64,000 bases of DNA from the IMG/VR virus record IMGVR_UViG_3300021963_000030, one strand, 5' to 3'. Source of the DNA: a virus. Position numbers and translations under genes: made by a program. Positions 1 through 8,500 of the stretch are shown piece by piece; the stretch's first letter is position 1, and each line of letters starts with the position of its first letter. The notes under the pieces are model-generated. The model saw nothing but the letters and a program-made list of their open reading frames with translations, did not search any database and was not told where the DNA came from.

Positions 1-585
1 GATGCGTTCCTTAAGTTTGTCCACATTGTGTGTTTTCCACCTTCCATAGACGTTTCTGCTATGAATCCAATCATAATTTGGAGGTCCAACAAGACTGACA
101 CTATAGTTCGGCATTAGTGCGATATCCACATAATTGTCTCCTTGATATAGAAAACCAGTGGCTTGATAAATGGTTCCAGCATGACCAACCTCGCTATCAG
201 CATAACTCAAAATACACTTAATTTGAGGATATTCTGTGTTCAAATGTCTAAAACTTTCGGCTATACAGAAACTTTCTATGTTGCCACCATGACCGTCTTC
301 TATCCATAATCTGGTCAATTCAAAGACGTTATCGTTGGTCAATAGTGGACTAATACTGGTGCTGGAATTACGTCCTACAGCGTTACCATATACAAGAACT
401 CCAATCAATTTACTGTCAAAACCGCCGAAGAATGTGCTTTCTATGTAGTCTTTGGTATACACACCGTATGCTACAGAACAACTGGTCCACTTGTGTGTAT
501 AGTGGTTCTTTTCAATCAAATTACGTGCTACCGATTTGTTGATCGGTTTCAAATAAATTAATGATGTGTCACAATATTTTGACAT
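1..585 (-). CDS. Mom-like DNA adenine-modification acetyltransferase (GNAT fold); 3' end runs off the window
   Basis: Not in the ORF track. Translated by hand from ATG at 585: MSKYCDTSLIYLKPINKSVARNLIEKNHYTHKW...FELTRLWIEDG...ILSYADSEVGHAGTIYQATGFLYQG. It carries the ELxRL and SYAD-x3-GH-x-G-x-IYQA motifs of the Mu Mom family and is open to position 1. Confidence 0.75.
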   Translation of the reverse strand, partial: MSKYCDTSLIYLKPINKSVARNLIEKNHYTHKWTSCSVAYGVYTKDYIESTFFGGFDSKLIGVLVYGNAVGRNSSTSISPLLTNDNVFELTRLWIEDGHGGNIESFCIAESFRHLNTEYPQIKCILSYADSEVGHAGTIYQATGFLYQGDNYVDIALMPNYSVSLVGPPNYDWIHSRNVYGRWKTHNVDKLKERI

Positions 586-640
586 AATAGTATCATAAAT
601 GAGAGTGGTGAAATACACAAGTTTTTATAGTGACGATGGA

Positions 641-648
641 TATTTATA
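641..648 (+). promoter_or_regulatory. TATTTAT late-promoter-like motif
   Basis: tatttat, then 4 nt, then ATG(652); no Shine-Dalgarno. Confidence 0.45.
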
Positions 649-651
649 GGT

Positions 652-1578
652 ATGAGAAAACTATTTACACTATTTTTGGCTTCATTTTTATTGGTCGGAG
701 GATGCAAAACTTCTAACCAAGAGAAGGTTCAAAAGACAAAAGATGGTCTTGCAAATACCCGTGTTGAGATGGCAAAAAATGAAGGAGAGAAGTTACAACA
801 AGTTGCTACGTTAGCTAGTGGAACTGATTATTCTCTCAAATCGGTGACCAATCCTCCCGTTCAAGTCAAGACTGCTATTGACTTTAATAGTAGGATTTTG
901 AACATTACTGGCAACCCAAATATTGACGAATTGAACAAAATAAAGGAACTTACAGACCTTTTGAATAGTGAGGTGGAAAAGGAAAAACAAAAGGGTAGTA
1001 AATTACTCAAGGAACGAGATGATGAAATTTTGTCTCTTCAAATAAGACAAGAAGAGATTCAGAATGTGTATGAAGAACAAATAAAAGGTCTTGAAACACA
1101 GGCTTCTCAAGTGGCAAAAAAGGCAGATGCTTTGCAGGTTACTGTGGATGAAGTCAATAGTTGGATGGGTCTTGGTGGAGTGATGTATGGACTAAAAAGA
1201 TTCGTTACAATAGGGGTTACTGGCATATTGATATTCTTGATAGCATTCATAGTATTAAGATTTTTGGCCGCTGCAAATCCAATTGCTGGAGCTATTTTTA
1301 GTGTATTTGAACACATTGCTTCGTATGCGATATCGTTGATTAAGGGTATAGCTCCTAGATCTATAGACTTTAGTAATTTGACTTCTAGTCTAGAATTCAC
1401 CAGATACAAGACCACTTTGGATAGTGTTGTTGACACTATTGAAGTAATGAAAACTATAGAAAAAAAGACTGGTGTGACCTATACACTTAAAGATTTGGGA
1501 GTTGAATTGGATAAGAATTTGAATGACTCTGACAAGAGATTAATCGGAGAATTAAAACTCACAAACAAATACGAATAA
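652..1578 (+). CDS. Lipoprotein with coiled coil and internal transmembrane segment(s); spanin-like architecture
   Basis: Signal peptide with lipobox (LLVGG-C18), about 150 aa helical/coiled-coil region, hydrophobic stretch FVTIGVTGILIFLIAFIVLRFLAAANPIAGAIFSVF, soluble C-terminus. Confidence 0.5.
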   Translation: MRKLFTLFLASFLLVGGCKTSNQEKVQKTKDGLANTRVEMAKNEGEKLQQVATLASGTDYSLKSVTNPPVQVKTAIDFNSRILNITGNPNIDELNKIKELTDLLNSEVEKEKQKGSKLLKERDDEILSLQIRQEEIQNVYEEQIKGLETQASQVAKKADALQVTVDEVNSWMGLGGVMYGLKRFVTIGVTGILIFLIAFIVLRFLAAANPIAGAIFSVFEHIASYAISLIKGIAPRSIDFSNLTSSLEFTRYKTTLDSVVDTIEVMKTIEKKTGVTYTLKDLGVELDKNLNDSDKRLIGELKLTNKYE

Positions 1579-1590
1579 TATTTATATCAT

Positions 1591-2193
1591 ATGATCAAAT
1601 TTAATGACCTTCTTGAAAATGAGGAGCTTTGTTCAATGAAGCTGCTTGAAAATGTAGAAATTACTTCTTATCTGAAGTATCACCTTGACAAAGAACTTTC
1701 TCTCAACGAGTCCATTTTTAGAACCTACAGCGAGTCTTACTTTGATTTGATCAACGAAGTTCGTAAGTTATATTATGACAATCTAATTGAACTGTGTGAT
1801 GCGGATGCTGAATTGGTCGAGAGTGATTTGGGCCAAAAGGTCGTTGTTGAAGGTCGAGAAATTTATTTGGATGCTCCTCTTGAAATTGAAGAAGACTTGG
1901 TAATGGAGGCAAAACATCGTGGCAAGAATGTTACTCTCAATAGACCAATAAGAACTCCAGGTGGTCCTAAAAAGTATGCGGTATATGTGAAAGCTAAGAA
2001 TGGTAAAATCAAGAAAGTAACATTTGGTGATCCTAATTTGAGAGTGAGAGGTCGTAGTAAAGCTCGCCGTAAGAGTTTTGCTGCTAGACACAAATGCAGT
2101 CAAAAGAAAGACAGAACAACGGCTGGTTATTGGAGTTGTCGCAGTCATCGCATTCGTAGTTTGGGTAACAAAGGAAGGGGTAAATACTGGTAA
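1591..2193 (+). CDS. Hypothetical virion-internal protein with acidic N-half and very basic C-terminal H/C-motif domain
   Basis: Starts MIKFNDLLENEE (shared N-terminal motif). C-terminus KKYAVYVK...VTFGDP...RRKSFAARHKC...GYWSC is a basic domain I recognise from many large phages. Confidence 0.5.
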   Translation: MIKFNDLLENEELCSMKLLENVEITSYLKYHLDKELSLNESIFRTYSESYFDLINEVRKLYYDNLIELCDADAELVESDLGQKVVVEGREIYLDAPLEIEEDLVMEAKHRGKNVTLNRPIRTPGGPKKYAVYVKAKNGKIKKVTFGDPNLRVRGRSKARRKSFAARHKCSQKKDRTTAGYWSCRSHRIRSLGNKGRGKYW

Positions 2194-2197
2194 ATTT

Positions 2198-3502
2198 ATG
2201 GTAAAACTAATAGACATATTGGTAGAAAATCCAGACACGGTGTATTATAAGAAAAAGACTTATAATTACAACACTCCTGCGAACAAGTGTGCTTTCTTTA
2301 TTTACAAGGATAAAAAGACAAAGAAAGAGACTACGTTTGGATACAGTATTATCAAGAGGGAATTCTATTGCACCAATCCCGATGTGTTAAAAGAAATCAA
2401 AGAGTTGGAGAATGCACCCAAAATAAAAATGGGTTCTTCTGCCGATGATAACAGTCGATATTGGGCCCAGCGTGGTATAGAAGACATTAAAAATAGAAAC
2501 AACGGTGGTGGTCATTTAGCATTAGAAAACATACTATCTGGATTGGGTCGTTGGGTTACTGACGATGATCTCACTTTAAAGGGTAGAATATTTGAAGTGG
2601 ATGACACAGTTGATACTAGTCCTAAAACTGGTTCACCAAATTTAGATATACAGATCGAATCTACCATACCCAGTGGCAAAGCTATCATTGTAACCTTCTG
2701 GTCGTATAACAGAGATAATGTAGCACCATGGAAAGATCAAATAGATCATGTTGTTGAATTCAATAACTTTAAACCAGAAGAATGTCTGTATGAGTTGGGT
2801 AGTAGGGTGATGACATTTAGTGAGTTGTATGGTGGTAAAGAAGAACCCAAGAAGGAACCAACACCATCGACACCTAAACCACAATCTAATGATAGTGAGT
2901 CTGCAAAGTATTTTAAAGTTGGAGACAGAGTAAAATTGAAAGGTATGAAGATCTTTGGTGATGTTGTATCTATGGATGGCAATAATATCACTATAAAAAT
3001 AACTGACACCGATATGCCCACAGTTGCACCAAAAGATGTTGAGAAAACTATTTCTTACGTATTTTTGGAACCTGATAATACGCCAGCTGGATTATCATTA
3101 GAGAAAGTTATTGATGATAAGACACAAGAGTTTGTTGAAAAAAGAGGAAAACTTCATACAACAGGAGCGAAATTTACGCCTGCTGAAAAGGCTAATTTAG
3201 AAAAAGAAGTAGATAGTTTAGAAATCGAATTAAAAATGTTAAACAACTACTTGACGAACGGCGTGAAGATTTATACAGACGAATTGAAAAATTTAGTGAA
3301 TCGTTCTGTTCAACGTAAATTACACGATAAAGAAAAAGAAAAGCTTGACAGATACAGTTTAGCAGCTCAGGCTGAGAAACAGTATGGCATGCCGATTGCG
3401 CAAATACGTCAAAAATACAGAGGTGTGCCTTTGGATCAATTGGTAAAGAAAGAACATTTAATCCGTGAAATTGTTAGAAAATATGTTACTAAACGAAAAT
3501 AG
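2198..3502 (+). CDS. Multidomain hypothetical protein with KOW/SH3-like segment; putative head-internal protein
   Basis: Start moved to ATG 2198 (MVKLIDILVE) just after the upstream stop at 2193. Contains FKVGDRVKLKGMKIFGDVVSMDGNNITIKI (KOW-like) and a Pro-rich linker. Confidence 0.5.
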   Translation: MVKLIDILVENPDTVYYKKKTYNYNTPANKCAFFIYKDKKTKKETTFGYSIIKREFYCTNPDVLKEIKELENAPKIKMGSSADDNSRYWAQRGIEDIKNRNNGGGHLALENILSGLGRWVTDDDLTLKGRIFEVDDTVDTSPKTGSPNLDIQIESTIPSGKAIIVTFWSYNRDNVAPWKDQIDHVVEFNNFKPEECLYELGSRVMTFSELYGGKEEPKKEPTPSTPKPQSNDSESAKYFKVGDRVKLKGMKIFGDVVSMDGNNITIKITDTDMPTVAPKDVEKTISYVFLEPDNTPAGLSLEKVIDDKTQEFVEKRGKLHTTGAKFTPAEKANLEKEVDSLEIELKMLNNYLTNGVKIYTDELKNLVNRSVQRKLHDKEKEKLDRYSLAAQAEKQYGMPIAQIRQKYRGVPLDQLVKKEHLIREIVRKYVTKRK

Positions 3503-3998
3503 ACACGTTCAAAAAGGATGTCTAATGGCACAAGTGAGTCCTACTTATGGACCTCACGTTATTAGGCTTGGTAGAACCGCAATACCTCCTCAAATACTAT
3601 ATACCGATCCAAACGATCCTACGTATGGTTATGATGACGAACCACATGTTACTCTAAAATATGGCTTTGAGCCTGATTTGGATAGACTAAATGTTGCTCG
3701 TATATTAAAGGGTATCGGGCCATTTAATGTGGTTCTTAGAGCACTTAATTTGTTTGAAAATGACAAATTTGATGTGGTAAAGTTTGAGGTGGAAAAGTGT
3801 CCTATCTTAACAGAATTGAGACGTAGATGTGATGGATATCCTAACAGTGATAGTTATCCAGACTACAAACCTCATATGACCCTAGCTTATGTGAAGAAGG
3901 GCAGTTTCCCACATAAACGTGATAATCTTAATATAGCTTTACCAATTACAAGATTCAAATATAGTGGACCAAACGGAAAATACTTTATTAACCTATGA
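3465..3998 (+). CDS. 2H phosphoesterase (2'-5' RNA ligase / Acb1-like superfamily)
   Basis: Two HxT motifs, EPHVTLKYG and KPHMTLAYV, about 80 aa apart. Start is either GTG 3465 or ATG 3483. Confidence 0.8.
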   Translation: MKLLENMLLNENRHVQKGCLMAQVSPTYGPHVIRLGRTAIPPQILYTDPNDPTYGYDDEPHVTLKYGFEPDLDRLNVARILKGIGPFNVVLRALNLFENDKFDVVKFEVEKCPILTELRRRCDGYPNSDSYPDYKPHMTLAYVKKGSFPHKRDNLNIALPITRFKYSGPNGKYFINL

Positions 3999-4498
3999 TC
4001 AAATTTAAAGATATACTCAAAGAAGTTGCTAACGCCGATATTAATCAAATTGCCTCTTCTCTAGAATTTAAACCAGTAACCAAACAAAAGTTGGTGTATA
4101 AATACGTAGAAGACGGTAAGCCTGGTGAAATGCCTCCGATGACATACACTAAGGCTACGGTTCAACAGCCTGTTGTTACCGTTACTACCGATGGTAAGGA
4201 GACACAAAATACGGCAGAAGTGGGTGACATCATTTTCAGTGGTGCTACCGGCGAAAACTATGTAATCAAATCAGCTAAGTTACCAAAATTATATACTGGT
4301 AATGTTGGTGGTGATATCTATCCAGAACAGTCTCCAAGACAAGTTGCATTGTATACCGGAGAACCTGTGACATTCAAAGCTCCGTGGGGAGAAGATATGA
4401 TTATCAAACCAGGTGACTATTTGGTCAAAGATCCAGCTAATACTGGTTATTATAGAATTGCTAAAGTAGAATTTGAAAAGACATATAATCCTCTATGA
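3995..4498 (+). CDS. PGDYG-family-like protein with N-terminal targeting motif
   Basis: MIKFKDILKE start; duplicated GDII...GENYVIK and PWGEDMIIKPGDYLV...YRIAKVEFEKTY motifs; ATGA overlaps at both ends. Confidence 0.6.
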   Translation: MIKFKDILKEVANADINQIASSLEFKPVTKQKLVYKYVEDGKPGEMPPMTYTKATVQQPVVTVTTDGKETQNTAEVGDIIFSGATGENYVIKSAKLPKLYTGNVGGDIYPEQSPRQVALYTGEPVTFKAPWGEDMIIKPGDYLVKDPANTGYYRIAKVEFEKTYNPL

Positions 4499-5493
4499 TC
4501 AAGTTGATGGATTTATTGAAAGAAGGTGGTAAACTATTTGGTAGTAGAGCCAGTAGAGTTACTACTTCTGAGATGAACAGTATTTTTGATGAACTCAAGA
4601 ATCAACTGGGTAATGACTTTAGCAAGTTTGAGTTGAGTAAAGCACTACCATCCAAACAAGATCACGGTGATATTGATATTGTGTTGACTGGATCGTCTGG
4701 TGATATCAAGAACACGTTGTTATCTAATTTGGGTAATAAGGTGAAGGATTATAGTCGTAACGGAAATATCTATAGTGTTCTTTACAAGTCTGATTTGGGT
4801 AAGGATGTTCACGTAGACTTTTTGTATGCGGATACCGACGATGACTTTGACGCACAAAAGACTTATTTAGCTCTAGGAGACTTTAGTGGTATATTGGGTG
4901 TAATGGCCAGACAAAATGGTTACAAGTATGCTACTACAGGCTTTCAAAAGATTTATGTAGACAAGAGTGGTAGACATCACGATATACTAATAACCAAGAA
5001 TCTAAAAGACGGTTTGAAGATATTGGGTTACGGTGATGTATTAAACACATATGACAATATTCAGAACAATGATGATGTTGTGAAGTTTATTAGTAGCAGT
5101 CCATTGTTTGACAGTGACAACTATAAAGGTCAAACTATGAATCATAGTGATCGTAAGAGAGTCAGATCTGGTAGACCTAGCGCTGATTATATCCGTAAGT
5201 CATTAATAGGTTTAAATAAACATAGAACCATAGATGATCCAGATTATTTCTTGAAGAAGTTGTTTCCAGACAAGTATCAAGCTTATTTGGATAAGATCAA
5301 AGAAATAGAATCGTTTACCCCAGTCAAATCCAAATATGGTGGTGAATGGATTATGCAAAATTTTAATGTCAAACCTGGGCCAGTATTGGGTAAAATCAAA
5401 CAATTCTGGACACAAAAGTATGGCGATCAATTAGATAATGTCCCAGAAGATCAATTACGTAGCGACACTGATATGTATATTAAGTCTATATAA
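4495..5493 (+). CDS. Pol-beta superfamily nucleotidyltransferase (PolX/CCA-like) with N-terminal targeting motif
   Basis: MIKLMDLLKE start; catalytic signature HGDIDIV plus third Asp in VHVDFL; C-terminal NVKPGPVLGKIK resembles the tail of CCA/poly(A) polymerases. Confidence 0.7.
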   Translation: MIKLMDLLKEGGKLFGSRASRVTTSEMNSIFDELKNQLGNDFSKFELSKALPSKQDHGDIDIVLTGSSGDIKNTLLSNLGNKVKDYSRNGNIYSVLYKSDLGKDVHVDFLYADTDDDFDAQKTYLALGDFSGILGVMARQNGYKYATTGFQKIYVDKSGRHHDILITKNLKDGLKILGYGDVLNTYDNIQNNDDVVKFISSSPLFDSDNYKGQTMNHSDRKRVRSGRPSADYIRKSLIGLNKHRTIDDPDYFLKKLFPDKYQAYLDKIKEIESFTPVKSKYGGEWIMQNFNVKPGPVLGKIKQFWTQKYGDQLDNVPEDQLRSDTDMYIKSI

Positions 5494-5541
5494 GGACAAA
5501 CTTTGCTTTTATATTAAATGACGGTATGTATGATTTTTAAA

Positions 5542-5549
5542 TATTTATA
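5542..5549 (+). promoter_or_regulatory. TATTTAT late-promoter-like motif
   Basis: tatttat, then 8 nt, then ATG(5557). Confidence 0.45.
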
Positions 5550-5556
5550 TTAAACT

Positions 5557-8500
5557 ATGCCGAATAATATTATCATAACGCCTGGAAATAGAGAAATTAG
5601 TTTTCAAGATGGGTCTAACCCCGCAAGAAAATTAACAATTACAGGAAGTAATCTTTCATATGAATCAACAATAAGTGCGAGTAATTTTTATACACACAAT
5701 AGTAGTGGGAGATTTTATGGAAGTGCATCATATGCTGCGACCGCGAGTTATGCCGCTATATATTATAGCGGTAGTGTTGTTAGTTCTTCATATGCGGTGA
5801 CTGCTTCTTATGCACTAAATGGTGGTGGCGGCGGAACAAACTTAGTTACGGGATCAACATATCCAATAACAAGTAGCTACAGTATAAATGCAATTAGTGC
5901 TTCATACATTCCTACAAGTGCAAATATTACCGCAAGTTTAGCAGAAGACAGTATTTCTTCTTCTTATGCAGAGACGGCAAAAAGTGCAAGTTATGCTTTA
6001 ACTGCTTCGTATGCTTTGAACGGTGGAGGTGGCGGCCACAATGTAGTATTGGTCACAGGCAGTATAGCGACTCAGACAATCTTATATGATGTTGTTACTG
6101 GACAAGAGAACGTGATTTCGTCCGTTGGTGGCGCCATTGATTTATCACTAAATAAATGGAGTGTTTCTGTTCTAGAAGAGTGGGATGATGTGAGTGGTGA
6201 TCCATATTATGCAAGTTGTAGTTTATTGTTACATTGTAATGGAACCGACAATTCTATTTCATTTTCAGACAGCGGACCTAATAGTTTAACGGTTACATCA
6301 AACGGAGGCGCCAAAATAGTATCGGCTATTAACAAATTTGGTAGCGGAAGCGGATTCTTTGATGGAGTCAACGATTATCTCAGCGTTCCAAATAGTGTTG
6401 GTTTTAATTTTGGAACAGGAGATTTTACTATTGAATGTTGGATTCGTTCTTCAGATGTATCTGCTGCGAGACAACGAGGATTTTTTCAAACGTCAACTTC
6501 CCCTATAGGGTTAGCTACATATTTCAACACAGGTATAGCAATAATTCAAGGTGCTAATGCTTCTGGAGGACCGCTAAATGGTGGATTGTGTGCAAACGTT
6601 GCGGGGGTCAATGTGGGAAGCAACGCTGCATCAATAACAGCAAATACTTGGCATCATATTGCGCTTGTAAGACTGTCTGGAACTTCATCGTTGTATGTAG
6701 ATGGAACATCTATTGCATCTGTAATAACTCCGGGAAATTGTTCAGGAACATATGCGGCAGTTGGTGGATATTATAATACTTCATTTTTACATAGTGGTTA
6801 CATAGATGAACTTAGAATTCTGAAGGGGGTTGCTAGATACACAGGTAGTTTCACGCCACCAACAACTGAATTTGAAAATATCGCATATACTCAATATACA
6901 ACAAACTATATAGCCACTGTCGGAGGACTAAATGATACTGGCTCTGACTATGGTGTTCAAAAAATAAATAATAGTTCTCTTAAGATTAGAAAGATGTCGA
7001 ACACCAGTCAGCCTGTATCTGGGTCTCAAGCACTTAGTAACACTGTTGATAGAGTTTATGTTAATGTATTGGATTACACAAATGTAACATCAGCATCGAA
7101 TTCTACAAGCGCATCATATGCTCTAACCTCTTCATATGCTGGTTTGTCGCAAACTGCATCATATGTTAATTTAGCTCGTAGTGCTTCGTATGTTAGTCTT
7201 GCAAAAAGTGCTTCGTATGTTAATCTAGCTCGTAGTGCAAGTTATTATAGTGGAAATGTGGCAACCGCTTCTTACTCACCTTCTTCTGGTAATTCTATAA
7301 GTGCAAGTTATGCTTTAACTGCTTCGTATGCTTTGAACGGTGGTGGCGGCGGACACAATGTAGTATTGGTCACAGGCAGTATAGCAACCCAAACAATCTT
7401 ATATGATGTTGTTACTGGGCAAGAGAACACAATCACGGGTATCGATTTATCATTAAATAAGTGGAGTGTTTCTGTTCTGGAAGAGTGGGAATATACCACC
7501 GGCGACCCGTATTATGCAAGTTGTAGTTTATTACTACACTGTAACGGCACTAATAATTCGACAACATTCTCAGATAGCGGACCATATAACTTGACTGTTA
7601 CTTCGGTTGGTGGCGCAAAAATAGCATCAGCTATTAACAAATTCGGCAGTGGAAGCGGATTCTTTGATGGAGTCAACGATTATCTTTCTATTCCAGATCA
7701 TCCTGGTTTTAATTTTGGTTCTGGTGATTTTACAGTGGAATGTTGGCTTTATCCAACTGCCCATCCCGCAGTTGTTTATTTATTCGGTCAAACAAATGCT
7801 TCAGACGTTGCTCCTTTTGTTATTGCGCTTTCTAATGGTAGACCAAGTATAGCAGCATCAACAAATGGTTCAACATGGATTGTAAACGCAACGCTTGCAA
7901 CACCGTTAACACTTAATGCTTGGACACATTTAGCAGCAGTTAGATATGGTAATAAATGGAGTGTATATGTAAATGGTGTTGAAAACGTTGTAGCACCATC
8001 AACATCTGGAACTCTTTATGATTCTGTAAATGGGCTCGGAATAGGCGCTGACGGTCCAGGCGCCGGAGTTGTATCATATTATTATAAAGGATATATTGAT
8101 GAATTCAGAGTGTTGAAGGGGGTTGCTAGATATACAGGTAGTTTTACACCACCAACATCGGAATTTGATAATATCGCATATACTCAAACCTTAACAAACT
8201 ATGTAGCCACTGTAGGTGGTTTAAATGATACTGGGTCAGATTATGGTGTTCAAAAAATAAACAACAGTTCTCTTAAAATTAGAAAAATGTCTGACACCAG
8301 TCAACCTGTGTCAGGTTCTCAACCACTTAGTTCTACTGTTGATAGAGTTTATGTTAATGTGTTAGATTATACAAATGTAACGTCGGCATCAAACTCTACA
8401 AGTGCTTCTTATGCTTTGACTGCATCATACGCATCTAATGCTGGCTCTTTTTTGACAACCGGTTCGACATATCCAATAACTGCAAGTTGGAGTAATAATA

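Noticed and set aside
3455-3505. Possible +1 frameshift fusing ...LIREIVRK to MLLNE... (2198 ORF to the 2H enzyme)
   Set aside because: The fused peptide looks plausible, but AAA-TAT-G offers no good re-pairing and the downstream ORF has its own GTG/ATG starts.
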